Of a stretch of 64,000 bases of DNA, positions 28,110 to 38,225 are shown one piece after another. A program made the position numbers and the translations under genes. How positions within the stretch are numbered: the stretch's first letter is position 1; every line of letters begins with the position of its first letter. The notes beneath the pieces are model-generated. The model made no database searches. It saw nothing but the letters and a program-made list of their open reading frames with translations, and was not told the origin of the DNA. This DNA is from an uncultured Solirubrobacteraceae bacterium (GTDB lineage Bacteria > Actinomycetota > Thermoleophilia > Solirubrobacterales > Solirubrobacteraceae): NCBI GenBank assembly GCA_964588985.1, contig CAZPQW010000016.1, forward strand, positions 15,452 to 79,451, written 5' to 3'.

Positions 28110-29492
28110 ATGGCAGCGGGAGGGAGATCGTCGTTGACTCAGCGCGCTGGTCGCGCTGGACGCGAAACCACCCCAAACTCAATCAAGCCCCTCTACAAAC
28201 GCCTGCCGCACGGCCCGCACAGGCTCGATCGCGACCAGGTGATCCTCCACCAGCGGGCGCGCATCCACGGCGCGATGGTGGAGGCGGTGGCGGAGTGCGG
28301 CTACGAGAACACGAGCGTCAAGCAGGTCATCAGCCTCGCGGGCGTCTCGCGGCGGTCCTTCTACGAGCAGTTCGCGAACAAGCAGGAGAGCTTCCTCGCG
28401 ACATTCGACCTGCTCGCCCACCAGACGGCCCAGCGCTCGCGCACCGCTTACGTGACCGCCGACGGCGGCCTCGAGGAACGGCTCGGGGCGGCGTTTGGCC
28501 AACTCGCGGCCACGGCCCGCGACGAGCGCAAGCCGACGATCCTCGTGATGCTCGAGGCGCAGACCGCGGGCCCGCCCGGCACGATGCGACTGTGCAAGGG
28601 CATCGCCACGTGCGAGCAGATGCTCTCGCTCAGCTTCGCCGACGACCCACACGCGGACCCGCTGCCGACGCCGATTGTGCGCGCGATCGCCGGCGGGCTG
28701 CACGGCGCGGCCTCGCAGGTCATCCGCCGAGGCCCGGTGGAGAACAGCGCGCACCTCGCCGAGGAGATGTTGCGTTGGACGATGCTCTTCCAAGCTCCCG
28801 CGGCGGCCCAGCTGGCCGATCGCCTCGCCCCACGACTCAGCCAGCGGATGCGCGAGATCTCGACCATGGGCACACGTGCGCCGGTCGAGGCGGAGGCGGC
28901 GAGCGCGGACGATCGCGAGCTCCTCATGCAGAACGCCCTGCGACTGGCGACGATGCACGAATATCGCGAGCTGACGGCACCGCAGATCGCGGACGAGGCG
29001 GGGCTGTCGATCGACGTCTTCCTGCAGCATTTCGCGGGCAAGAACGAGTGCTACGTGGCGGCGTTCGACATGATCGGAGAGGATCTGCTCGCACTCGTCG
29101 CCAGCCCCGAGCTGACCTCCACCTCGGATTGGCCGCGCGCGGTACGGCGCACGGTTGCTCGCCTGATGCGCGACCTCGCGGAGCAGCCGCTGCACGCGCG
29201 CACGATCGCCCAGGAGGCGTTCTTCGCGGGCGGCGACGCGGTGCGGCGCGATCTCGCGCTGGCCCGCGGCATCGCCACGCTGCTCACCGAGGGAGCACCC
29301 GGCCCCGCGCCGAGCGCGTTCACGCTTGACGGCATCGCCGGCGCGATCTGGCACACGATCCGCTGCCAGGTGGCGAGCGGCCGTATCCAGCTGCTCGACG
29401 CGCTGTCGGACTATGTCTCCTACATCGTGCTCACACCCTTCATCGGAGGGCGGGAGGCGAGCGAGATCGTGACCGAGGAGCCGCCCGTTTAG
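28110..29492 (+). CDS. TetR/AcrR regulator with two tandem TetR-like units
   Basis: GYENTSVKQVISLAGVSRRSFYEQF and ELTAPQIADEAGLSIDVFLQHF; GGAGG RBS. Confidence 0.9.
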   Translation: MAAGGRSSLTQRAGRAGRETTPNSIKPLYKRLPHGPHRLDRDQVILHQRARIHGAMVEAVAECGYENTSVKQVISLAGVSRRSFYEQFANKQESFLATFDLLAHQTAQRSRTAYVTADGGLEERLGAAFGQLAATARDERKPTILVMLEAQTAGPPGTMRLCKGIATCEQMLSLSFADDPHADPLPTPIVRAIAGGLHGAASQVIRRGPVENSAHLAEEMLRWTMLFQAPAAAQLADRLAPRLSQRMREISTMGTRAPVEAEAASADDRELLMQNALRLATMHEYRELTAPQIADEAGLSIDVFLQHFAGKNECYVAAFDMIGEDLLALVASPELTSTSDWPRAVRRTVARLMRDLAEQPLHARTIAQEAFFAGGDAVRRDLALARGIATLLTEGAPGPAPSAFTLDGIAGAIWHTIRCQVASGRIQLLDALSDYVSYIVLTPFIGGREASEIVTEEPPV

Positions 29493-29494
29493 GG

Positions 29495-29520
29495 AGCCGG
29501 AGGGAGCCGGAGCTCCGGCT
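29495..29520. terminator. Palindrome/short tandem repeat between convergent genes
   Basis: AGGGAGCCGG x2 and the AGCCGGAGCTCCGGCT palindrome. Confidence 0.4.
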
Positions 29521-29788
29521 AACGACGCCGGCGCGTGGTGCGTTCGACGAAGTACGTGAGCACGATGCCAACGAGCAGCGAGAGCACGATCACCACGATC
29601 AGCGGCGCGTTGCCCGAGCCGAAGATCCAGTTGACCTTCACGTCTTTGACGTTGAACACCGCGAACAGCGTGATCAGGACCGCGAGGATCACCAGGGCGC
29701 CGGTGCGCGCCCGCTCGCCGCGGCCGCGCTTGGCGGCCTTCTTCGAGGACTTCTCCGAACCGGGCTGCTGTGCGGTTGGCGCAGACAT
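29519..29788 (-). CDS. LapA-like/DUF1049 small membrane protein
   Basis: Two TM segments with FAVFN...V.VNWIFG...PL. Confidence 0.8.
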   Translation of the reverse strand: MSAPTAQQPGSEKSSKKAAKRGRGERARTGALVILAVLITLFAVFNVKDVKVNWIFGSGNAPLIVVIVLSLLVGIVLTYFVERTTRRRR

Positions 29789-29792
29789 GAGC

Positions 29793-30386
29793 CTATGTTG
29801 ATCCTAGCTCGGTGCGCACCCACTCACAGCCCGCGGAGAGATCCTCGACGCCGAGCGCGGCGGCGACGTTGAGCGCCATGCCGTGGCGGAAGAAGTCGTC
29901 GAGGCGCTCGGGCTCGGCGCCGGAGAGCTCGCCCGCGAGCGCCACGAGCTGCGCGTAGCGGTGGCGCACAAGCGCGCGCACGACCTCGTCGTCGCACGCG
30001 GCGTAGGACTGGTGCTGGAGCATCAGGTAGTCGCGGTCGCTCAGCAGGAGGCTCTTGTAGGCGCGGCCCATCGCGTCGAGTGCGTCGACGCAGTCGGCGG
30101 GCGCACCCCCCTCGCGGTACTCGGCCGCCGCGCGCTCGAACATGTCGGCGACGCGCTGGAAGCTCAGCTCGAGCGCCGCGAGGAACAGCTCGCGCTTGTT
30201 GGAGAACAGGCTGAACACGTACGGCTGCGCGACGCCGACGCGCCGCGCAATGCGCTCGACGGGCGTGCCGTGCAGGCCGCCGTGCGCGAACTCGTGCACC
30301 GCCGCGGCGATCAGCTCCTCGCGGCGCTGGGCCGCGGGGACGCGCCTGCGGGCGTGCTCGCCGTCGGTCAGAGGCCGCGCGCTCAA
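29793..30386 (-). CDS. TetR family regulator
   Basis: FAHGGLHGTPVERIARRVGVAQPYVFSLF; TTG start overlapping the MFS stop. Confidence 0.9.
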   Translation of the reverse strand: MSARPLTDGEHARRRVPAAQRREELIAAAVHEFAHGGLHGTPVERIARRVGVAQPYVFSLFSNKRELFLAALELSFQRVADMFERAAAEYREGGAPADCVDALDAMGRAYKSLLLSDRDYLMLQHQSYAACDDEVVRALVRHRYAQLVALAGELSGAEPERLDDFFRHGMALNVAAALGVEDLSAGCEWVRTELGST

Positions 30387-31804
30387 GCCGACTCCCCCAC
30401 GAGCGGTGCCCGCCCTGCCGGCATCTCCGAGACCGCCGCCCGCATCGCGAAGGGGAACATCAGCACAACCAGCGCGCCCGCCGCGAGAACCGCCACGCCG
30501 ACCCACATCGCGGGGAACAGGCCGTCGACGAACGCCTGGTGGGTGCCGTAGCCGCCGGAGCCGGTGAACACCGACGCAAGCACCGCGACGCCGAGCACGC
30601 CGCCGACCTCGCGGATGGCGTTGTTCGCGCCCGAGGCTTGGCCGGCCTGCTCGGTGCGCACGGATGCGAGCACGGCGTTGGCGGACGGGGCGAACACGAG
30701 CGCCATGCCGGCGCCGGCCATGATGAAGGGGACGATCATCTGCGAGTAGGACACGTGTGTGGACAGTATGGCCGCAAGCCAGGCGAGCGCGCCGGCCTGG
30801 AGCGAGAGGCCGGCGACCATGAAGGGACGGCTGCCGAAGCGCTCGGAGAACACGCCCGCGAATGGCGCGACGACCATCGAGGCCCCGGTCCACACGAGCA
30901 GCTTCAGCCCGGCCTGCAGCGGCGTGTTGCCGAGCACGTTCTGCATGTACTGGGAGAGGAAGAAGATCGACCCGAACATGCCGAAGTACATGCTCAGCGA
31001 CGCGACGTTGGTGACCGCGAACGAGCGCTTGGCGAAGAACCCCATCGGCAGCATCGGCTCGCTCGCGCGCAGCTCCCACACGACGAAGCCCGCGAGCAGC
31101 AGCGCGCCGCCGATCAGGCTCGCGAGCACCGTGGAGCTGGTCCAGCCGAGCGACTGCGCGCGCACGAGGCCGAACACGATCCCGAACGCGCCGCTCGATC
31201 CGAGCGCGAGACCGGGGACGTCGAGCGTGCCGTAGGGGCCGCGGCTCTCGCTCAGCACGCGCGCGGCGAGTGGGATCATGCACACGCCGATCGGCACGTT
31301 GATCCAGAAGATCCAGTGCCAGGAGATGCCCTGCACGACCGCGCCGCCGACGAGCGGGCCGAGCGCAACGGCGATCCCGCTGATGCCCGACCACACGCCG
31401 ATCGCGATCCCGCGTCTCTCGTCGGGGAACGCTTCCGCGAGCAACGTGAGCGTCAGCGGCGTGACGACCGCCGCGCCGGCCCCCTGCACGGCGCGCGCCG
31501 CCACCAGCAGCCCGGTCGACGGCGCAAGCGCCGCCATCGCGGAGGCTGCGGTGAAGATGCTCATGCCGATCACGAACATGCGCTTGCGCCCGAAGCGGTC
31601 GCCGAGGGCGGCGCCGGTGAGCAGCAGCACCGCGTAGGAGAGCACGTAGGCGTTGACCGTCCACTCGAGCGCCTGGATCGAAGCGCCGAGGTCGCGGTGG
31701 ATGGTGGGCAGCGCGACGCTCACCACGAGGTTGTCGAGCACCACCATGAACAGCGCCGTCGAGACGATCCCCAGGGTCCAGCCGTTCCTCCGCGAGTCGC
31801 TCAT
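30383..31804 (-). CDS. DHA2 family MFS efflux transporter
   Basis: FMVVLDNLVV, LGDRFGRKR, WHWIFWINVPIG; 14-TM pattern. Confidence 0.95.
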   Translation of the reverse strand: MSDSRRNGWTLGIVSTALFMVVLDNLVVSVALPTIHRDLGASIQALEWTVNAYVLSYAVLLLTGAALGDRFGRKRMFVIGMSIFTAASAMAALAPSTGLLVAARAVQGAGAAVVTPLTLTLLAEAFPDERRGIAIGVWSGISGIAVALGPLVGGAVVQGISWHWIFWINVPIGVCMIPLAARVLSESRGPYGTLDVPGLALGSSGAFGIVFGLVRAQSLGWTSSTVLASLIGGALLLAGFVVWELRASEPMLPMGFFAKRSFAVTNVASLSMYFGMFGSIFFLSQYMQNVLGNTPLQAGLKLLVWTGASMVVAPFAGVFSERFGSRPFMVAGLSLQAGALAWLAAILSTHVSYSQMIVPFIMAGAGMALVFAPSANAVLASVRTEQAGQASGANNAIREVGGVLGVAVLASVFTGSGGYGTHQAFVDGLFPAMWVGVAVLAAGALVVLMFPFAMRAAVSEMPAGRAPLVGESA

Positions 31805-31818
31805 CCCATGCTCCTAAC

Positions 31819-31873
31819 TTAGTGGTCGCTAATCTCCTCGCGGTGAGCTTAGCAGCCACTAATAAGATGTCAA
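31819..31873 (-). promoter_or_regulatory. Sigma-70-type promoter with two TTAG-N6-CTAA operators
   Basis: -35 TTGACA (31868-73), 16-bp spacer, -10 TAAGCT (31846-51); TTAGTGGTCGCTAA at 31819 and TTAGCAGCCACTAA at 31849. Confidence 0.75.
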
Positions 31874-31914
31874 GAGAGGAGGGCCACCGCGCGCACGGCG
31901 AATACCATGGTGTG

Positions 31915-32544
31915 ATGAAGCCGAGCATCAGCGGAGCACTCGCCGTCGGTCTCTCGAGCGTCGCGCTGCTCGGCGGCTGCGGCTCGCAGACCAAGACCGT
32001 CTCCGAAACTCAGCCGCCCGCGAGCACGCAGCCGGCCACCACCGCCACCCAGCCGACGACGAGCACCGCGCCGACGAGCAAAAGCCCGGCCACGGGTGCG
32101 GACGGCGGGACCCCCGCGCCGAGCACCACCCGCACCGCGCCCGCGCCGGCGTTCACGCAACAGGAAACCCACGCCGAAGGCGTGAGCGCCGCCGCCGAAC
32201 TCGTGCGGGCGCGCGGCTACACGCCGAACAGCACCGCCGAATACCACGCCGGCCAGACCCTTCGGGTGCTCGTGGGTACGCGCACGGGCTCCGCCGACGG
32301 CTATGGCCAGCAGGCGTTCTTCTTCGTCGGCGGCCGCTACATCGGCACCGACACCAAGGAATCGAGCGCCACCGTGAAGGTGGTCTCCCAGAGCGACACC
32401 GAAGTGACGCTCGCCTACCCGGTGTACAGGAAAGGCGACCCGCTCGCCTCGCCCTCGGGCGGACAGGCTACCGTGCGCTTCCAGCTGAACAACGGCAAAC
32501 TCGCCGCGCTCGGCACGATCCCGCCGGCCAGCTCTCGCAACTGA
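31915..32544 (+). CDS. LppP/LprE family lipoprotein
   Basis: Lipobox LGGC, T/P-rich linker, FFFVGGRYIGTD. Confidence 0.85.
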   Translation: MKPSISGALAVGLSSVALLGGCGSQTKTVSETQPPASTQPATTATQPTTSTAPTSKSPATGADGGTPAPSTTRTAPAPAFTQQETHAEGVSAAAELVRARGYTPNSTAEYHAGQTLRVLVGTRTGSADGYGQQAFFFVGGRYIGTDTKESSATVKVVSQSDTEVTLAYPVYRKGDPLASPSGGQATVRFQLNNGKLAALGTIPPASSRN

Positions 32545-32623
32545 TCTCAGCGTGCCCGCTCGCACGAGCGGAGGTCCTATCGTGGTGGGAGATCGAAAGA
32601 CCCCACGAGAAAGGCTTGATCGA

Positions 32624-33022
32624 ATGAGCGCACAGATCGACGGCAAGGCCGAGGCACTGCTCAAGGCCAAGAACTTCGCCCACGTGGCGACACTCCGCGC
32701 GGACGGCTCGGTGCAGACGGCGCCCGTGTGGGTGGACGTGCAGGACGGCCGCCCGGTGGTCAACTCAGCCGAGGGACGCGCGTGGCCGCGCAACCTCGAG
32801 CGCGACCCGCGCGTGACGCTGACGGTGCAGAACATGGAGAACCCCTACGAATACGTCGAGGTTCGCGGGCGCGTCGCCGAGCGCACCCACGAGGGCGCGG
32901 ACGAGCACATCGACTCGCTCGCGAAGAAGTACATGGGCGTGGACTCCTACCCGATGCGCCAGCCGGGCGAACAGCGCGTGATCATCCGCATCGAGCCCGA
33001 GCACGTCCACGTGCAGGGCTGA
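32624..33022 (+). CDS. PPOX-class F420-dependent oxidoreductase
   Basis: ATLRADGSVQTAPVW, NLERDPRV, YVEVRG. Confidence 0.92.
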   Translation: MSAQIDGKAEALLKAKNFAHVATLRADGSVQTAPVWVDVQDGRPVVNSAEGRAWPRNLERDPRVTLTVQNMENPYEYVEVRGRVAERTHEGADEHIDSLAKKYMGVDSYPMRQPGEQRVIIRIEPEHVHVQG

Positions 33023-33041
33023 CAGCCGCGCCAAGCCGAGA

Positions 33042-33317
33042 TCAGACGCGACGCAACAGCCGCCGCCACAGCGACGGGGCGCGCGGCTGCGTGCGCAGCC
33101 ACTCGTCGCGTAGGACCAGTTCTCCTCGAGCCCTGGCCTTCATCACACAGCGCGTGTGGGCATGGCGGCGTCGGCTGCTGTCGCCTTCGGGCTTGATCAG
33201 CATATGCTCGCTGACAGAAGCCAGATGAAGACCACATATAGGACATCGATACGTCGCCGGCTTGAGATTGGCCGCGCTCCGTACCGTCCACCATGGAGCC
33301 GCCGGAAGGTTGGACAT
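33042..33317 (-). CDS. Small putative zinc-binding protein
   Basis: YRCPIC...EH...RRHAHTRC. Confidence 0.7.
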   Translation of the reverse strand: MSNLPAAPWWTVRSAANLKPATYRCPICGLHLASVSEHMLIKPEGDSSRRRHAHTRCVMKARARGELVLRDEWLRTQPRAPSLWRRLLRRV

Positions 33318-34388
33318 CGCCCCATTGTCGCGCCGCTCGGCGCCACGCTCGCGGCCGGCGTCGCGGTGGGCGTCGCGGTCGTGCTCGCGAGGGCCACGCG
33401 CGAGCGCCGAACGCAACCGCTTCCCGACCTCGACCGGCGACTGGGCCTGAAACCCGACGAGACGCTCGCCCACGGCCTGCAGCGCATGGCGCTCGGCCAG
33501 GTCGACCTCGCGCTCGAGCAGCTCGCGGGCGCGAGCGCGGGGGAAAAGCGCGCGGAGAAAGCCGTGCACGAGACGCGCAAGGCGCTCAAGCGCCTGCGCG
33601 CGCTGCTCAGGCTGCTGCGGCGGGAGCTCGGTGAGGACGCGTTCGCCCGCGAGGACGCCGCGGTGCGGGACATCGCCCGACAGCTGTCCGGCGCCCGCGA
33701 CGCGGAGGTGATGCTCGCGACGCTCGACGCGCTGATCGAGCGCCACCCGCGCAAGCTCGCGCGACGCAAGGGGGTACGCCGGCTGCGTCGAGCGCTGCTC
33801 GCCGAGCACGAGCGGACGGAGCACCAGACGCTCGGCGACGGCGCCGCGCTGGAGCACGTGCTAACGGAGCTGCGCGACCTGCGGGTGAGGGTGGTCGCGT
33901 GGCCGCTGCGCGATCGCGACGCGACGAGGCAGGTCGATGCGGGACTGCGGGATCTCTATGCCCAGGGACGCAAGCGCTACCGGCGCGCGGAGCGCACGCG
34001 GGGCAAGGACATCCACGCGATGCACCTGTGGCGCAAACGCGTCAAGGACCTCCGCTACGTCGCGGAGATGCTCGAGCGCGGATCGAAGTCGCAGAAGAAG
34101 CGCCGCGGACGGTCGGCGCACCTGCACCGCCTGGCCGACCGCGCCGACACGCTCGCGGAAGTCCTCGGCGAGGACCACGACCTCGCGGTGCTCGCCGAAC
34201 GCGTCCGGGCGCAGGCCAAGCCGGGCAACCGAGCCCGCAAGAAGTCGAAGCGGGTCGGGCGCGCCACGCGCAAGGCGCTCTTGAAGCAGATCGCGCGTCG
34301 GCGGCGCAAGCTGCGCAGGCAGGCGCTGCGCGAAGGGGAGCGCCTGTATCGGCGCGGCCCCAAGAGGTTCGTGCGCGAGCTCAGCTGA
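33225..34388 (+). CDS. CHAD domain protein
   Basis: VHETRKALKRLRALLRL, RDAEV, HLWRKRVKDLRY, LGEDHDLAVL. Start uncertain. Confidence 0.88.
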   Translation: MKTTYRTSIRRRLEIGRAPYRPPWSRRKVGHRPIVAPLGATLAAGVAVGVAVVLARATRERRTQPLPDLDRRLGLKPDETLAHGLQRMALGQVDLALEQLAGASAGEKRAEKAVHETRKALKRLRALLRLLRRELGEDAFAREDAAVRDIARQLSGARDAEVMLATLDALIERHPRKLARRKGVRRLRRALLAEHERTEHQTLGDGAALEHVLTELRDLRVRVVAWPLRDRDATRQVDAGLRDLYAQGRKRYRRAERTRGKDIHAMHLWRKRVKDLRYVAEMLERGSKSQKKRRGRSAHLHRLADRADTLAEVLGEDHDLAVLAERVRAQAKPGNRARKKSKRVGRATRKALLKQIARRRRKLRRQALREGERLYRRGPKRFVRELS

Positions 34389-34854
34389 CGCTGACGAGCG
34401 TCATCGTGCGCTTGCCCCTGGGCAGCGCCACCGGAACCTTGTCCCCGGCCTTGCGACCGAGCAGCGCCACCGCGACGGGGGATTCCGCCGACAGCAGCCC
34501 GTCTTTCGGGGACGCGTCGTGCGAGCTGACGATCCGCCAGGTCTTCTCGGCGCCGTCCTCGTCGCGCACCACCACCGTCGAGCCGAAGCCCACCACGCCG
34601 TCCGCGCCAGTCGGCTCTTCCTCGACCACCACCGCCTGCGCGATCTTCTCGCGCAGCCTCGCGATCTTCGTCTCGAGGTGCGCCTGGTCGTTCTTCGCGT
34701 CGTGGTACTCGCTGTTCTCCTTCAGGTCGCCCCATTCGCGCGCGGTTTTGATCCGTTCCGCGATCTCGCGACGACCCGTGTCCTCGAGCGACTCCAGTTC
34801 CGCCTTCAGGGCCTCCAGGCCCTCAGCCGTTGTCAGGTTGCTCGCCTCGGTCAC
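34381..34854 (-). CDS. greA: Transcription elongation factor GreA
   Basis: AREWGDLKENSEYHDAK, SPVAVALLG. Confidence 0.93.
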   Translation of the reverse strand: MTEASNLTTAEGLEALKAELESLEDTGRREIAERIKTAREWGDLKENSEYHDAKNDQAHLETKIARLREKIAQAVVVEEEPTGADGVVGFGSTVVVRDEDGAEKTWRIVSSHDASPKDGLLSAESPVAVALLGRKAGDKVPVALPRGKRTMTLVSVS

Positions 34855-34899
34855 CGCCGTCCAGCCTACTCCACCCGCCACGCACGCCGAGCTATAGAT

Positions 34900-36180
34900 C
34901 TAAAAATAGGTGCTCGCCGGCGAGGACAGCAGCGCGTAGATCTGCGCCACCGCCGCCTGGTAGAGCAGTTGCGCCGACGGCGGCGTGCCCGCCACGAACA
35001 CGTCGTCGGTCAGGCGCCTGTACTGCCACGCGTAGTTGACGTAGTTCTGCGCCGGCGCCTTCCCGGGCGGGTCGTGCGTGATCGAGTCGAGGTACATCAG
35101 GTTGCGAAAGAACACCGCCGGGAAGAACGGGTTCTCGCCGGCGAGCCGTTCCGGCGTGAAGTACGCCACCGCCGCCCGCGCGGTCTGGCGGGCCTGGTAG
35201 AGAAAGCCCGCGTTGCCTGTCGCCTGGTAGAGCATCGCGCCCGCGCCGATCATCGTGCCCTGGTTGTAGCTCCACAGCGATCCTTCCACCACGCCCTTCG
35301 GGTTGACGTGGTCGGCGTACAGTTCGCCCGGCGCCAGCAGGCAGGTGCGCACCCACTGGTAGGCCATTTCCGCGAACCGCAGGTACTCCGCGTTGTGCGT
35401 CAGCCCGTACAGCTGCAGCGCCAACTCCGCCGCCGGCGCGGTCGTGACCGTGTTGCGGTCGGTGTTCGTCGCGGCGTTGTCGAACGGTATGCCGCCCGGG
35501 CAGCCCAGTTCCGGGTTCGTCTGCCACGCAGCTGTCTCGAACGCCATGATCGCTTCCGCGCTTTCGCGCACCGACGGTTCGTGGGTCAGCTTGTACAGCC
35601 GCACCAGCTCGATCCCCACCCAGTCGTTGTCGTCGTAGTACTTCGTGCCGCCCGGCCCCGCCGGCGGCGCCACCGTGCCGTCGAACGCCGCCAGCGTGCT
35701 CGTGAACACGCCTTCTTCCGCACCCGAGTTGTTCGCGTCGAGATACGAGCGCAGGCCCACCTCGCGGGCTTTCAGTTCGCGCGCCATCGACACCCCCAGG
35801 TGCGGGATGTTCGCCAGGCTCACCGTCACCGCGAGCGCCTGCGAGAACGGCCACAGATACGAGAACGGTTCGCCCGCGTACAGGCCCGAGCCGAGCAGGT
35901 AGTAGTGCGCCTGCATCGCTTCGAACGCCGCCAGCGCCCGCGCCGGGTTGCCCCGCAGTTTCGCCTTCTTGGACTTCTTCTTCTTCGATTTCGAAGCGGA
36001 GGCGCGCGCGAATTCCGAGACGCGCGGATGGAACGCCGCGCGTGTCGCGCCCGCCGGGTAATGCGACGGATCGGCCTGTGCCCGTGCAGCGCTCGCGGCC
36101 CGCGCGGTGGGGGCCGCGCTGAGCAGCAGCACGCCACACAGGATTCCGAGCGCGTGTCTGTGGCGGAGGCCGGCGATCAT
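34900..36180 (-). CDS. Secreted glycoside hydrolase family 76
   Basis: Signal peptide; YYDDNDW, GGIPF, WSYNQG. Confidence 0.88.
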   Translation of the reverse strand: MIAGLRHRHALGILCGVLLLSAAPTARAASAARAQADPSHYPAGATRAAFHPRVSEFARASASKSKKKKSKKAKLRGNPARALAAFEAMQAHYYLLGSGLYAGEPFSYLWPFSQALAVTVSLANIPHLGVSMARELKAREVGLRSYLDANNSGAEEGVFTSTLAAFDGTVAPPAGPGGTKYYDDNDWVGIELVRLYKLTHEPSVRESAEAIMAFETAAWQTNPELGCPGGIPFDNAATNTDRNTVTTAPAAELALQLYGLTHNAEYLRFAEMAYQWVRTCLLAPGELYADHVNPKGVVEGSLWSYNQGTMIGAGAMLYQATGNAGFLYQARQTARAAVAYFTPERLAGENPFFPAVFFRNLMYLDSITHDPPGKAPAQNYVNYAWQYRRLTDDVFVAGTPPSAQLLYQAAVAQIYALLSSPASTYF

Positions 36181-36225
36181 CGAAGTCAAGCAAACACAAC
36201 CGGCGACGGCGCCATTCGATTTGGT

Positions 36226-37077
36226 ATGAAGGCGGTCTTGCACTTCGACTACGCCACCGTCGGGCACGTCGCGGTCGACGTGCTCCCCGACGGCTCGCGC
36301 CGCGCCGGCGGGGCGGCGTTCTACAGCGCGTTGCAGGCCGCGCGGCTGGGTCTGAGCGCATTGGTCGTCACGCGCGGCGTGCCCGAGGAGATCGAGGAGC
36401 TGCTCGCGCCCTACAGCCACGAGCTCGAGCTGCGGATCCTCCCCGGCGAGCACACCACCACGCTGCTCACCTCCGGCGCGGGCGCCGAGCGCAGCCAGTG
36501 CGTGTCCGCGTGGGGCGGTCCGATCGACGAGGACCTCGAGCTCGACGGCTCGATCGTCCACATAGCGCCGGTCGCGCGCGAGACCCCCACGCGCTGGCGC
36601 GGGCGCAGCGAGTTCGTCGGGCTCACGCCGCAGGGGCTCGTCAGGCAGTGGCCGGGCGAGGATCGCCGGATCGCGCTCACCGCGCCCACCCCCGTGAGCG
36701 AACGCGTCGCCGACGGCTGCAACGCGGTCGTCGTCAGCGAGCACGAGCGCGCCGCCTGCTCCACGCTGATCGCGCGAGCGCTGTCCGCCGGCGCGGTCGT
36801 AGCGGTCACCGACGGCGCCGAGCCCAACACGCTGCTGCTGGGAGACGGTCGGGAGCTCGCGCTGGATGTGCCCTCCATCGACGTCGCGCGCGACGACCTC
36901 GGCGCCGGCGACGTGTTCGCCGCCGCGTTCTTCGTCGCGCTCGCCGAGGGACAACCGCCCGCCGACGCAGCCGGCTTCGCCAACGCCGCCGCCGCCGTGC
37001 GCATGCAGGGCGAGGGAGCCGGCGCGGTCGGCGATCGCGACGCCGTCCTGGCGCGGCTCAGCGCCGTGAGTGGCTGA
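36226..37077 (+). CDS. PfkB family carbohydrate kinase
   Basis: GGAAFYSA, DDLGAGDVFAAAF, ANAAAA. Confidence 0.9.
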   Translation: MKAVLHFDYATVGHVAVDVLPDGSRRAGGAAFYSALQAARLGLSALVVTRGVPEEIEELLAPYSHELELRILPGEHTTTLLTSGAGAERSQCVSAWGGPIDEDLELDGSIVHIAPVARETPTRWRGRSEFVGLTPQGLVRQWPGEDRRIALTAPTPVSERVADGCNAVVVSEHERAACSTLIARALSAGAVVAVTDGAEPNTLLLGDGRELALDVPSIDVARDDLGAGDVFAAAFFVALAEGQPPADAAGFANAAAAVRMQGEGAGAVGDRDAVLARLSAVSG

Positions 37078-37089
37078 GAGGCAACGGCC

Positions 37090-38136
37090 TCAGCCGGCGA
37101 GCGCCGCGTCGATCTTCCGCGCCAGCTCCCGCACGTCGACCCGCTCGCTCGCGCCACACGCGCGGACCGCCAGAATCAGACTGCCGCCCACCGGCGCCAT
37201 CTCCACCTTCGCCACGCGCGCACCCGGCGCGCACGCGTGGATCGCACGGGTGAGCGGCTCCACGAACACGGGGCCAGCCTTGAACGCGCTGCCGATCAGT
37301 CCCACGGGGAACACCCCGTCGCCAGACGCTTCCTCGCCCGCCAGGCACGCCCGGCGGATGACCGCCGCGATCTGCTCGCCCAGCTCGCGTGCGCCCCGCT
37401 CGTACAGCGCGCGCGCCACCACGTCGCCACGCTCCGCGAGCTTCGCCGTCTCCGTCGCGAACGCCGCGATCTCGCCCTTGGTGAGCGGCTTGGAGTACAC
37501 CAGGTGCGCCGCCGCCTCCACGCTCGGCGCGTCGAAGAACTCCATCGCCGCCTCGCTCAGCCCGGTCGGCGGGCCGGATGACTCGCGGTCGCGCAGCGCC
37601 GCCTTGATCGACTGCACACCCAGCCAGTAGCCCGAGCCCTCGTCGCCCAGCACGTGCCCCCAGCCGCCCGCGCGCCACGCGCGCCCGTCAGGCCCCACGC
37701 CGAACACGTTCGAGCCCGTGCCCGAGATCACCGCCACCCCCGGTCCGCCGCCCGTCGCCGTCGCCCACGCGCCCACCACGTCGTTCACCACGATCCACGC
37801 CTCGGTGCGCGCGGCACGCACGTGCCCCGCGATCGAGTCGGTGTTCGTGCCCGCCACCGCGATCACCGCCGTCGTCAGCTGCCCACCGTCTATCCCCGCG
37901 CTCCGCATCGCGCTGTCGGCCGCGCCCAGCAGCGCATCCACGGCCGCCCTCGCGCCGACCGCGTCCTCGTTGCTCGGACCGCCGTGGCCGATGTGCACCG
38001 ACCCGCTGTCGAGGTCGAGCACCGCCGCGAGCGTCTTCGTCGCGCCGCCGTCGACCCCGAGCACGTAGCGCGCGCCCTCGCGGGTCTGGGGATGCGTCAG
38101 CGCCGGCGGAAGCTGTACGAGAGGATCGCGGCGCAT
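37090..38136 (-). CDS. BadF/BadG/BcrA/BcrD-type ATPase (N-acetylglucosamine kinase-like)
   Basis: GVDGGATKT, VND, SGTGS, GGWGHVLGDEGSG. Confidence 0.93.
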   Translation of the reverse strand: MRRDPLVQLPPALTHPQTREGARYVLGVDGGATKTLAAVLDLDSGSVHIGHGGPSNEDAVGARAAVDALLGAADSAMRSAGIDGGQLTTAVIAVAGTNTDSIAGHVRAARTEAWIVVNDVVGAWATATGGGPGVAVISGTGSNVFGVGPDGRAWRAGGWGHVLGDEGSGYWLGVQSIKAALRDRESSGPPTGLSEAAMEFFDAPSVEAAAHLVYSKPLTKGEIAAFATETAKLAERGDVVARALYERGARELGEQIAAVIRRACLAGEEASGDGVFPVGLIGSAFKAGPVFVEPLTRAIHACAPGARVAKVEMAPVGGSLILAVRACGASERVDVRELARKIDAALAG

Positions 38137-38225
38137 TGGCGCAGATCCTCCCAGGATTCACGGATGGGCACGCGCAGTCGGAAATCGCGCGCGCGTGGAT
38201 TCAACCATCTAGGATCGAGCCCGCC

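Noticed and set aside
34519-36225. Long N-terminal extension of the PfkB ORF (852 aa in the track)
   Set aside because: Antisense to greA and GH76; kinase motifs begin at ATG 36226.
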